Part shown: piece by piece, positions 9,549 to 22,309 of the stretch | Numbering within the stretch: position 1 is the first letter of the stretch | Layout of the letters: the number at the start of each line of letters is the position of its first letter | Assembly (NCBI GenBank): GCA_023379385.1 | Contig: JAMCUS010000022.1 | Span: 6,813 to 70,812 of the forward strand | Source: Thermoplasmatota archaeon | GTDB taxonomy: Archaea > Thermoplasmatota > Thermoplasmata > Lutacidiplasmatales > JAMCUS01 | DNA length: 64,000 nucleotides | Direction of reading: 5' to 3' | The notes under the pieces: model-generated | Databases searched by the model: none | Told to the model about the DNA's origin: nothing | The model's input: the letters and a program-made list of their open reading frames with translations, nothing else | Made by a program: the position numbers and the translations under genes

Positions 9549-9821
9549 TTAGATATAGGTATTGCTATATCTATCTTTTCCTCTGTTATTTACTTTACCT
9601 TTGAAAGGCAATATTTTTGCAATTGATCTATCTGCGTAATTATCTATCTCTATGACGCCTCTTACCTCCAGCTTCTTAAGCAATCTTTTCACCTCAGGTT
9701 CAGACAATTTCATCTCTTTTTTAATCTCCTCGGCGCTCATGCTATACCTATCTTTAAGAATGTCAAGTAGAATATCCTCTTTACTTTTTGATTTATCTCT
9801 TTTCATGCACAGGTCTCCCAT
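9549..9821 (-). CDS. small winged-helix DNA-binding protein
   Basis: 90 aa. ILLDILKDRYSMSAEEIKKEMKLSEPEVKRLLKKLEVRGVI looks like a MarR/PadR-type wHTH. Confidence 0.5.
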   Translation of the reverse strand: MGDLCMKRDKSKSKEDILLDILKDRYSMSAEEIKKEMKLSEPEVKRLLKKLEVRGVIEIDNYADRSIAKILPFKGKVNNRGKDRYSNTYI

Positions 9822-9824
9822 ACG

Positions 9825-10688
9825 TTATACAAACTGCAGTTCAGGTTCTGTATTTATCAATTTTTTTTCATACGCCATGTGAAAAACCTTTTTTATAGCA
9901 TTTTTACCGGTCTCGCCCAGCTCCATCGTATAATCATTCACATACATATTTACGAATTTTGACAGGTTATGATCCCTTATTCCCCTTCCAAATGATTCTG
10001 CGTATGCAAGGGCGTCTGCCATATGATCCTTGCTGTACTGCAAGGTTTCTTTAAACATATCGGATAAAATATCAATATCACTTCCAAGTTTCATCTTTAT
10101 AACATCCAGGCCCAGGGGTAGTGGCAATCCAGTTTCTTTTTTCCAGAGAGCACCCAGGTCTCCAATGGATTCAAATCCATTATCTGAGTATGTAACCTGC
10201 CCTTCGTGTATGATAACCCCGGCATCAACTTCGCCGGTTCTGACAGCATTCATGATATTATCAAAATTTGTATATACAGGTTGAAAATCATCTACCAGTA
10301 TGGAAAAGGTAAGCGCTGCTGCAGTGTACTTCCCTGGTAAAGCAATCTTTTTTCCATTCAATTTATCAAGGGATAAATTTTTACCTGTATCTGTAATCAC
10401 TACAGGTCCGTAACCATCACCCATGCTTGTTCCGTAAGGTAAAATACCATAATCCATACATATGTAAGGCATTGCACCCATGGAAACAGCTGTCAGCTCC
10501 AGTTTACCATCCATTGCGAGTAAATTAAGCGATTCAATATCTTTTACCACCTGCTCGATGATAAATCCCTCCCTTATGACTTTTCCAGTGGCAATTCCGT
10601 AAAGCATAAAGGCGTCATCAGCATCAGGGCTATGCCCCCATAAAATTTTTTTGTTCATATATACCAAATCGTAATGCAATATAATCAA
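9825..10688 (-). CDS. MqnA/MqnD family (futalosine-pathway, periplasmic-binding-protein fold) protein
   Basis: GHSPDADDAFMLYG N-terminal motif and VIIHEGQ motif. The start is more likely the Met of MNKKILWG (about 10658). Confidence 0.65.
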   Translation of the reverse strand: MIILHYDLVYMNKKILWGHSPDADDAFMLYGIATGKVIREGFIIEQVVKDIESLNLLAMDGKLELTAVSMGAMPYICMDYGILPYGTSMGDGYGPVVITDTGKNLSLDKLNGKKIALPGKYTAAALTFSILVDDFQPVYTNFDNIMNAVRTGEVDAGVIIHEGQVTYSDNGFESIGDLGALWKKETGLPLPLGLDVIKMKLGSDIDILSDMFKETLQYSKDHMADALAYAESFGRGIRDHNLSKFVNMYVNDYTMELGETGKNAIKKVFHMAYEKKLINTEPELQFV

Positions 10689-10730
10689 TAAAGCTTTAAT
10701 CAGAAGTATTCAATAAATGCATAAATAAAT

Positions 10731-11177
10731 TTACGCAATATTTATACTGTTCAGTTCAGTATGTCTAACAAGTATCTCTCTTGCAATTTTTAAATTTTTA
10801 CCCTCCTTTCCAATTGCCCTCGCCTTCAGTTGCGGATCAACCGTTACCGTAACATGTTTTATATTATTTTTATCTGAAAATTCGATTTTTGTTGGCTTAT
10901 AGAGATAAAACAGATTCCTCACAAACTGTTCTATGTTGGGATTAAACTCCACCACCTGAATTTTTTTGTTTAACATCTTTTCCATATCTATTATTTTTTC
11001 GCCGTTTTTACCTACCGCAAGCATAACCTGCTGTGGATCCACAATAAATATGACTTTGCCTTCGTATTCAAAACAATCCTTTACTTTGGATCCTGTATAA
11101 CGCTCAAAAGTCTGCATATACCTTAAAGCCTCAGTGGTCATAACAATCTCTTTTTCCTTTCGCATATTATTGTTCAC
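10731..11177 (-). CDS. nusA: archaeal NusA (two KH domains)
   Basis: About 140-aa KH-KH protein (VGKNGEKI, IGKEGKNL GxxG loops) in the conserved position after L30e. Confidence 0.85.
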   Translation of the reverse strand: MNNNMRKEKEIVMTTEALRYMQTFERYTGSKVKDCFEYEGKVIFIVDPQQVMLAVGKNGEKIIDMEKMLNKKIQVVEFNPNIEQFVRNLFYLYKPTKIEFSDKNNIKHVTVTVDPQLKARAIGKEGKNLKIAREILVRHTELNSINIA

Positions 11178-11179
11178 CT

Positions 11180-11467
11180 TTATTCTCCAAGTGCAAGAAT
11201 TCCTGAATTGCCCGGGTCAATAATGGAGACTATAGAGACGTTAAATGGTTTTCCACATGCAATTCCAAGTTCATGTCCGTTACCTTCAAATTTATATAAA
11301 GGCACCTTATAATTCATAACAGATTCCATTTCAGGACATGTGGTTGAAACCACAATCAGCTTCACTTCTTTTTTATTTACATATTTTTCAGTCTCCTTCA
11401 CTCCAAATCTCACTTTTCCAGATTCAATAGCTACCTTAAGTGCTTTTGCAATATCCATATCATACAC
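11180..11467 (-). CDS. rpl30e: ribosomal protein L30e (eL30)
   Basis: 95 aa. L7Ae/L30e-like sequence directly downstream of rpoA''. Confidence 0.9.
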   Translation of the reverse strand: MYDMDIAKALKVAIESGKVRFGVKETEKYVNKKEVKLIVVSTTCPEMESVMNYKVPLYKFEGNGHELGIACGKPFNVSIVSIIDPGNSGILALGE

Positions 11468-11473
11468 CCCTGT

Positions 11474-15489
<4,016 letters not shown>

Positions 15490-15495
15490 TTTACA

Positions 15496-18400
15496 TCATC
15501 TCCGATTCCCGATATGCAATCTCATAACCACCCCTAGAGATGCCAGTTCCGCTATTAGTACATTGAAGGAGTAGGACATTTCAATGGGATACACTTTTGT
15601 ATTTCCACACACGTGACATTTAAGAACACGGTGAATTCTATCAAAGTACGCAATATGTCCACATGCAGGATTACTGCATACATATTCAATCGTTCCATCA
15701 GATTCATCAAGCAATCTATCCTTGATAACCATTGAAGCACCATGCCCTATAAGACAGTCTCTTTCCATTTCCCCGAATCTTAAGCCACCCTGCCTGCTTC
15801 TTCCTTCTGTTGGCTGTCTTGTAAGAATCTGCACAGGCCCTCTCGAACGCATATGGATTTTTCCAGCAACCATATGATGTAGCTTCTGATAATATATTAC
15901 TCCTGTAAATATATTAACCTCTATTCTCTTTCCTGTAATACCGTCATACATCATTTCGGTTCCATTATCTGCAAATCCAGCATTTTTAAGGCTTTCTCTT
16001 AATAAGTTCTCATTTTCACCGCTGAATGGTGTACCATCTACAAATCGCCCTTCCATGGATGCGACCTTTCCACCAATCATCTCTAAAACATGGGCAACAG
16101 TCATACGTGATGGTATTGCATGCGGATTTATTATAAGGTCAGGTATAATGCCCTCCTTTGTAAATGGAAGGTCCTCCTGGGGTACAATAAGTCCTACAAC
16201 CCCTTTCTGTCCATGCCTGGAAGCAAATTTATCACCTATCTGGGGAATTCTTTCATCTCTTACCTTGACCTTGACCAGTCTTGATACATTCTCACTTGTA
16301 GTTAGAATAACATAATCAACCCAGCCACCCTCTCCTGCCTTAACTGTAATGGAGGTTTCCTGCCTCTTTTTTGGAGCGAGGATGTCTGATTGGCTCTCTT
16401 CTAAAAATCTTGGAGGAGAGGTCTTACCTATTAAAACACCACCTTCCTTAACAGGGGTTTCAGGGCTCGTCAACCCATCATCATCCAACATTGAATAAAA
16501 TTCTGATGATCTCACGCCATCGGTGTTTGTATCAGGTATCTCAAATTTATCCTCCTGACCTCCTGGATATTTTCTTTCTTCGGCTCTGTAGGTTCTGAAG
16601 AAGGTAGATCTCCCCAGGGCTCTTTCTATAGAGGATTTATTCATTATAAGTGCGTCTTCCATATTGAATCCCTGATAAGAGGTAACAGCCACAACGAAAT
16701 TCTGTCCTGCAGGTCTTTTATTATATTCAATATATTTTGCAATTTCTGTAGTAATAAGTGGCTTTTGAGGATAATGCAATATATGCCCTCTTGTATCTGG
16801 TCTTATTCTGAAATTAGATGCAGAAAAACCTAAAGATTGTTTAGCCATAGCAGAACCCATAGTATTTCTGGGAGATGCACTGTGCTCAGAATACGGTATA
16901 AGACCGGCTGTTATACCCAGTATTGTGAATGATTCTATTTCCAGATGTGTGTGCAATTCAGTAAGCAATTTATCAACACTGAACTCTTTTAAACATTTCT
17001 TACATTGAAGAACGACATTGTTTTCGTGTTTACCCATATTAATCCATATAACATCGTTTCTGGTAAGTATGGAATTACATTTCGGGCATTTTGATGGAAC
17101 ATTATATGGGTATACAGAAATGAAGGTATCATCTTCCTCATCTGCGTCAAGCCATTCTATAAGCCCTTCTTCTACAAGATCTTTGAATTTTATTTCACCT
17201 TTTATAAGCATTTGAAGTTTTTCATATGTAATTTTTACATCTCCATCCTCTACAATAAAGAGTGGTCGCCTCAATCGCCCTTCATCACAGTTGACATACA
17301 CCTCATTCATATTCTCCGAATAATGAACGTTTATATTCATTAACTCTCTGACAGATAGTTTTCTTGATAAAGTTCTTGCACGTCTTCCTTTCTTTATTTC
17401 ATGTATTAACAGTTTTGGATTATCACTAAATCCCACAAAATTACCGTTGATGTATATTCTTGCCAGTCCAACTTTAGTATCTATTATTTCATTGGGTCTA
17501 AATTCCTTTATGCCCAGATCCTTAAGTATGAGCAACACCTCCTCCTCATCTGTTTCTATAGATATATCAACCATTACAGTGGTGTTCTTTACCAGACCAC
17601 AATTTTGTCCTTCCGGTGTCTCATTCGGGCATAATCTACCCCATTGCGTTGGATGAAGATCTCTTGCTTCAAAATGGGGTTGACTTCTGGTAAGTGGTGA
17701 AGAGATCCTCCTCAAGTGGCTCAATGTACTTACATTGGAAATTCTATCCAGTAACTGTGATACCCCGGCTCTACCACCTACCCAGTTTCCGGTGGCCATT
17801 GCGTGTAAAATTCTTTGACTGAATAAATCAGATCTGACTACAGAATTTACATTAAGATCACGTTTTTTCTCAAAATTTTTTTCAAGCTGATATTTGATGT
17901 CTTTCAGTAAAACAGTGATGGCGACTCTAAATAGATCTTCCATTAGGTCTCCTGCCAATTTGAGTCTTTTATTTGAATAGTGATCCTTATCATCGGTAGT
18001 TCTCAAATTAAATGCAAGTTCAAGTACGGATCTCGCCATTCTACCCAGATAATATGCTTTTTTGAGCCTATCTGTTGATTTATCACCCAGATGTGGAAGT
18101 AATGATCTGTTAAGAAGTGAGTATACCTTTTTGGTTCTATCTTCTTTAGTCTGTCCAGTAGCTGCTTTTTTTTCTAAATAAAGCATCGCTGCTTCTGTAG
18201 AGGTTATACCGGAGGGAGGATATGACTTGCTATTATTACAGCTTTCAATGTTTGCATTAACTATATGCTTTATTTTGACAATAATGGGGTCATTACTGTT
18301 AACCAGTTCATTTAAAATTGCTTCGTATATCTCTTTATCAGTTGATAAACCAAGTGCCTTCATTAAAATGATTAATGGTGTGGTACCCGATAGACCAGGT

Positions 18401-19143
18401 ATAGATGCATGAAGAATATTATCTTTCTTCTTTTCCACAACTGTTAAGGCTCTATATCCCTCTCTCTGAGAAAATACTTTTGCTGTCTCTATGTTATTGC
18501 CGTAGCTATCGTTTATCTCAGTAAATACCTTGTTTGGTGCCAGATCTTCTGTAGTAATAAGAACGCGTTCTACACCATTTATTATAAAATAACCACCGGT
18601 ATCAAGTGGATCCTCACCCATATTTATTAATCTTTTTCTGTATTCTTCATCAGAAATATCATTTTCTCCTTCCATATTGTCTCTGTGAAGAAGACATGCT
18701 TTTGATCTTGCCATGATAGGCATATACCCGATGTGAACATTTGGAAAATGTCTTGGATTTTTTCCGTTTTCAGATATGGTAAAATCAAGATAAATAGGAG
18801 CCTGATAAGTGAGATTTCTCAATCGTGCTTCCATTACAGTTGGACTTCTTTTTGATCCTTCAGCCTCTTTTACTATCGGTTTACCAATATGTATAGTTGG
18901 AGATGCTAATGGATCAATATCAAATGTCTTCAGATTTCGTCTTCCTACTATCACCCTGATATCTTCAGCTGTATTAAGCTTAATAACACCACCTGGATCT
19001 GTTTCGGTTATCTGGAGATTATCGATTACTTTTTGCATTGTTGAATTAAAATTTCTATCCGTAGCAATAAAATTGTTAAAAGATTCTATATGATGCCCCA
19101 CAATAGAATGTTCCTTAAGATATGTTTCTACAATTTCTCTCAT
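15496..19143 (-). CDS. rpoB: DNA-directed RNA polymerase subunit B (unsplit)
   Basis: 1215 aa in a single ORF. Conserved GDKFASRHGQKG and RSRGPVQILTRQPTEGRSRQGGLRFGEMERD, plus a C-terminal Zn motif. Confidence 0.95.
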   Translation of the reverse strand: MREIVETYLKEHSIVGHHIESFNNFIATDRNFNSTMQKVIDNLQITETDPGGVIKLNTAEDIRVIVGRRNLKTFDIDPLASPTIHIGKPIVKEAEGSKRSPTVMEARLRNLTYQAPIYLDFTISENGKNPRHFPNVHIGYMPIMARSKACLLHRDNMEGENDISDEEYRKRLINMGEDPLDTGGYFIINGVERVLITTEDLAPNKVFTEINDSYGNNIETAKVFSQREGYRALTVVEKKKDNILHASIPGLSGTTPLIILMKALGLSTDKEIYEAILNELVNSNDPIIVKIKHIVNANIESCNNSKSYPPSGITSTEAAMLYLEKKAATGQTKEDRTKKVYSLLNRSLLPHLGDKSTDRLKKAYYLGRMARSVLELAFNLRTTDDKDHYSNKRLKLAGDLMEDLFRVAITVLLKDIKYQLEKNFEKKRDLNVNSVVRSDLFSQRILHAMATGNWVGGRAGVSQLLDRISNVSTLSHLRRISSPLTRSQPHFEARDLHPTQWGRLCPNETPEGQNCGLVKNTTVMVDISIETDEEEVLLILKDLGIKEFRPNEIIDTKVGLARIYINGNFVGFSDNPKLLIHEIKKGRRARTLSRKLSVRELMNINVHYSENMNEVYVNCDEGRLRRPLFIVEDGDVKITYEKLQMLIKGEIKFKDLVEEGLIEWLDADEEDDTFISVYPYNVPSKCPKCNSILTRNDVIWINMGKHENNVVLQCKKCLKEFSVDKLLTELHTHLEIESFTILGITAGLIPYSEHSASPRNTMGSAMAKQSLGFSASNFRIRPDTRGHILHYPQKPLITTEIAKYIEYNKRPAGQNFVVAVTSYQGFNMEDALIMNKSSIERALGRSTFFRTYRAEERKYPGGQEDKFEIPDTNTDGVRSSEFYSMLDDDGLTSPETPVKEGGVLIGKTSPPRFLEESQSDILAPKKRQETSITVKAGEGGWVDYVILTTSENVSRLVKVKVRDERIPQIGDKFASRHGQKGVVGLIVPQEDLPFTKEGIIPDLIINPHAIPSRMTVAHVLEMIGGKVASMEGRFVDGTPFSGENENLLRESLKNAGFADNGTEMMYDGITGKRIEVNIFTGVIYYQKLHHMVAGKIHMRSRGPVQILTRQPTEGRSRQGGLRFGEMERDCLIGHGASMVIKDRLLDESDGTIEYVCSNPACGHIAYFDRIHRVLKCHVCGNTKVYPIEMSYSFNVLIAELASLGVVMRLHIGNRR

Positions 19144-19155
19144 AATTTCTCACCG

Positions 19156-19476
19156 TTATTTACTCCTCTCCACAATAACACGATAAAATATATGATGACC
19201 AGCTGTTCTACTATTTCTTTCTATTTTTACAATTCTATTTAAATACTCTGTTGATTCCTTTAAAAAATAAAGAGCTGGATCATCAATAAATATTTTGGGT
19301 AATTTTTCTCGTTCTGTATTATATTTTTTCAAAAGTTGTAATTCCTCCTCTACATCCATTAACGTATGGACAGGTACAAGCTCATTTTTTATATAATTAA
19401 AATTATTATCAGTTTTTTCATTTTTTCCTATCTTTTTTTTATTAACCTTTTTTTTGCTATTACTGGATTTTTTCAT
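19156..19476 (-). CDS. rpoH: RNA polymerase subunit H (Rpo5)
   Basis: C-terminal HELVPxH-type core (NELVPVHTLM...). I prefer ATG at 19476, preceded by GGGAGGT at about -8. The ORF track starts at TTG 19500. Lys-rich N-terminal extension. Confidence 0.85.
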   Translation of the reverse strand: MKKSSNSKKKVNKKKIGKNEKTDNNFNYIKNELVPVHTLMDVEEELQLLKKYNTEREKLPKIFIDDPALYFLKESTEYLNRIVKIERNSRTAGHHIFYRVIVERSK

Positions 19477-19507
19477 AATCAATACCTCCCTATAAATCAA
19501 ATGTAAA

Positions 19508-19633
19508 CGGGCCCGCGGGGAATTTCGTTATATGATTATACATACAATTCGAACCCCGGACCACCTGGTTAAAAGCCAGATGCTCTTTATAGAGGAACAG
19601 ATAAATATCCTTACCTATCTGAGCTACGGACCC
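19508..19633 (-). tRNA. tRNA-Lys(UUU) with two non-canonical inserts (D-loop and T-loop, each about 26 nt)
   Basis: Minus strand: GGGTCCG-TA-GCTC-AGATAGGTA[26 nt]GAGC-A-TCTGG-CTTTTAA-CCAGG-TGGTC-CGGGG-TTCGAAT[26 nt]CCCCG-CGGGCCC-G. All four stems pair, with one G-U in the acceptor. Confidence 0.7.
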
Positions 19634-19689
19634 CCAATCAGCGAAACCATTGTACACGCAATATAACATACCACTATATAACAGTTTTT

Positions 19690-19950
19690 TCATTTGTTTA
19701 TAAATTCAATCTGGCTAATTATATTCCACACAGCAGTTCTTCCATGTATTGGTATATTGGAATCATTTGCTAGTTCATCAAGAATCATTGTTATAGTAGC
19801 AATTCGCACATCTAATGGCTTATTTGCATCATTCAGTGTATCTTTAGCTACCTGGGCTCCTTTTCTTATATTTTTGGGTATTGTAGAATCGTTGGATAAT
19901 TGATCCAGAGAATCTAGAATTTGTTTTATTTTACCTTCCTTATTCGTCAT
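19690..19950 (-). CDS. UPF0147 family protein
   Basis: 86 aa. Pattern IPKNIRKGA...LDELANDSNIPIHGRTAVWNIISQIE matches what I recall of archaeal UPF0147 proteins. Confidence 0.7.
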   Translation of the reverse strand: MTNKEGKIKQILDSLDQLSNDSTIPKNIRKGAQVAKDTLNDANKPLDVRIATITMILDELANDSNIPIHGRTAVWNIISQIEFINK

Positions 19951-19991
19951 ATATAACCACCTTTTATCATATTTTTGATTAATTCATATAA

Positions 19992-20312
19992 TTACGGTGT
20001 CTTTTTTACACCATTTTCCTTATACGCACTTACAACAACTAGTGTTTTACTTTCTCTGATCCCGGTTACCGTTGGTAATTGATGAGTAACAAATTCCTTA
20101 AGATGCTGGTAATTGTTAAGTTTTACCTTGATAATCATATCTGAATCGCCTGTAACAAGAAATACATCTATAACTTCTTCAAATTTAGCTGTTTCAATGG
20201 CTGCTTTCTCAACCTCTTTAGAATCAATTTTTAGAGATATGATAGCTGTAACCTGTTCATCACCATAAAATGTAGATGCCACTTCATCCATATCATTGAT
20301 ACGTTCATTCAT
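19992..20312 (-). CDS. stand-alone Lrp/AsnC ligand-binding (RAM) domain protein
   Basis: About 100 aa. EVIDVFLVTGDSDMIIKVKLNNYQHLKEFV...GIRESKTLVV resembles the AsnC_trans_reg domain. No HTH. Confidence 0.7.
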   Translation of the reverse strand: MNERINDMDEVASTFYGDEQVTAIISLKIDSKEVEKAAIETAKFEEVIDVFLVTGDSDMIIKVKLNNYQHLKEFVTHQLPTVTGIRESKTLVVVSAYKENGVKKTP

Positions 20313-20335
20313 AATAATACACCTTGGCAGGTTAA

Positions 20336-20500
20336 TTAGAGAGACTCAAACTCTTCTTCCAGTTCGGTTATTACCTGTTCAAGGACATCGTTTATTGATG
20401 TTGCATGATATTCTCTGAATCCTCCCGCACCACTTTGGATCCTTGCTAAATACTCCTTTTCGTTTTTTAAAAATTCAACACTGCAAATCGTTTCCTCCAC
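20336..20500 (-). CDS. possible small acidic protein (54 aa, GTG start)
   Basis: ORF VEETICSVEFLKNEKEYLARIQSGAGGFREYHATSINDVLEQVITELEEEFESL immediately upstream of the RAM-domain gene. Below ORF-track cutoff. No family recognised. Confidence 0.3.
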   Translation of the reverse strand: MEETICSVEFLKNEKEYLARIQSGAGGFREYHATSINDVLEQVITELEEEFESL

Positions 20501-20755
20501 AAAATACACCCCTTAACTATCAATTTAAGCCATAAGAGAGAAGAGTATATAAACATTTGTATTAATACATACTGAATAGGAATTGTCCATTAATTCATTT
20601 TATTTTTTATCGCAAGAAGACCCCGTCCTTAAGGGAAGGGATGGCTTACGATGTATTCAGTATATGTGTATATCGTGACTTTACATTCATTTATTTTTCG
20701 TTGCTAGTAGAGTAACCCTTTTCCGGTCTCTTTTTCACTTCCATTTGTGGATGCA

Positions 20756-21040
20756 CTAATCTCTTATCATACTTTCAGGTTTCAGGCCTTTCGTTATCAC
20801 CTCTGATGTTCTTGACTTACATTCCAATTTCTTTGTTATTCTCTTCCCCTTTGCTGCATATATGAGATTTATATCATTCAGGCATCCTATTGTGCTTATT
20901 AGTATTGGTGATACGCTCTCATACCGCTTCTCTATCTCCTTGTATATCAGTGCTAAAAACATATATGCTATAAATGAAAAGATCATGTGTACTCCTATCT
21001 TCTCTACAGTCCAGTGGTATACAGGAAACGCCATCTCCAT
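20756..21040 (-). pseudogene. C-terminal fragment of an IS1634/IS4-type transposase (IS remnant about 20583-21050)
   Basis: The 94-aa fragment resembles the C-terminus of the intact transposase at 25949-27628 (hydrophobic ...HMIFSFIAYMFLALIYKEIE vs ...HTFMCVMGLLFYRYIQWKIEE). GGAATTGTCCATTAATTC at about 20583 resembles that IS's end GAGTTTGGACATTAATC. Confidence 0.5.
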
Positions 21041-21117
21041 TTTGTTGAACTTTGGTTTTCACTATAAAAATAACCGTAAAGATTATAATGATATACATTG
21101 TAGGGAAGATTGATCAC

Positions 21118-21969
21118 ATGACTAACAATTTAGAATCAATTATTGATGATCTGTTTAGTATCGGAGTTACGATAAGAAATCTTATACCAGAATACACGGA
21201 TGGTTCTGTAGGTACGAACGTATATGGTGATAGCCAAAAAAAACTGGATATAATGTCCAATGAGCTTTTCATTGAAAAATTCACAAACCATAGATATGTA
21301 GGAAAGCTGGCATCTGAAGAGATGGATAATATCATTGAAAAGGGATCGGGTAGTTATATGCTTACCTTTGATCCCCTTGATGGGTCCTCCAATATAGATA
21401 CAAATAATCTTTTTGGAACCATTGTAGCTATTTTTAACGGAAATTATAAAAATATTAAAAATTTGGAGGCTTCAATGTATTTGCTATATGGTCCCTCCCT
21501 CACATCGGTTGTTGCATATAACAATAATGTTGATGAATACATATATAATCCAAATAAAAAAGAATGGCATATAAGGAAAAGTGGATTAAAATTACAGAAA
21601 AAAAATTGGGTATATGGCATAGGTGGTATAAAAAAGGAATGGCCAGACTGGTTAAAAAGTTTTGAACATGAACATCTTGAAGGTTTTAAACAGAGATACG
21701 GAGGTGCTCTTGTTGGTGACTTTAATCAGCTTCTTCATTACGGTGGATTTTTTGCATATCCAGAACTAAATGGAAAACCCAACGGGAAATATAGGGCTTA
21801 TTTTGAATCAATACCCATAGCTCTTATAACTGAATATGCTGATGGGTTTGCTGTAGATGGTATAAACCATCTCTTAAAGAGGGAATATAGTAGCATAATG
21901 GATGTTATACCCAGTTATTTTGGTAATTTAGAACTGCTGGACACCATGATGAAATACAGAAACGGATGA
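21118..21969 (+). CDS. fbp: fructose-1,6-bisphosphatase class 1
   Basis: LASEEMD...DPLDGSSNID...GTIVAIF and YGGALVGDF motifs. Start taken at ATG 21118 (MTNNLES). Confidence 0.8.
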   Translation: MTNNLESIIDDLFSIGVTIRNLIPEYTDGSVGTNVYGDSQKKLDIMSNELFIEKFTNHRYVGKLASEEMDNIIEKGSGSYMLTFDPLDGSSNIDTNNLFGTIVAIFNGNYKNIKNLEASMYLLYGPSLTSVVAYNNNVDEYIYNPNKKEWHIRKSGLKLQKKNWVYGIGGIKKEWPDWLKSFEHEHLEGFKQRYGGALVGDFNQLLHYGGFFAYPELNGKPNGKYRAYFESIPIALITEYADGFAVDGINHLLKREYSSIMDVIPSYFGNLELLDTMMKYRNG

Positions 21970-21995
21970 ATTGTTGTTTTTAAGCAATGATCTCC

Positions 21996-22172
21996 TTATT
22001 TTTGTGGTATGATCATTACGGGAATGCCATCTTCAATTGGATATTTTAATCCACAATTTTTGCATGTGAGATATCCTGAAATAATCTCATCGTTCTCTTC
22101 TTTCTCTATTTCCAATTTTAGTTCACCTTTACAGGATGAGCAGCACAGTATTTTTAGCAGATCTCTATACAT
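21996..22172 (-). CDS. Trm112-like zinc-ribbon protein (58 aa, not in ORF track)
   Basis: MYRDLLKILCCSSCKGELKLE...LTCKNCGLKYPIEDGIPVMI, the classic Trm112/UPF0434 pattern ending in DGIP. Confidence 0.65.
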   Translation of the reverse strand: MYRDLLKILCCSSCKGELKLEIEKEENDEIISGYLTCKNCGLKYPIEDGIPVMIIPQK

Positions 22173-22309
22173 AACAGGATATATCCAAGGATCTCTATTA
22201 TATAAAATTTAGTAATGAAAATTCAGTGCATAAAAATTATTTAATAATATTGTTGAATGAAAAATGTTTTATTATAATAAGAGATAGGCTACAATACAAG
22301 TGATGTACA

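Noticed and set aside
19490-19693. 67-aa minus-strand ORF.
   Set aside because: It is the translation of the tRNA-Lys gene and its flanks.
20568-20668. About 100-nt imperfect long hairpin (TACTGAATA...TATTCAGTA enclosing ATCGCAAG...CTTACGAT and CCCCGTCCTTAAGGGAAGGG), considered as a candidate structured ncRNA.
   Set aside because: The arms are very asymmetric and the region coincides with the predicted end of the IS1634-like remnant. I cannot separate an IS end structure from an RNA gene without comparative data.
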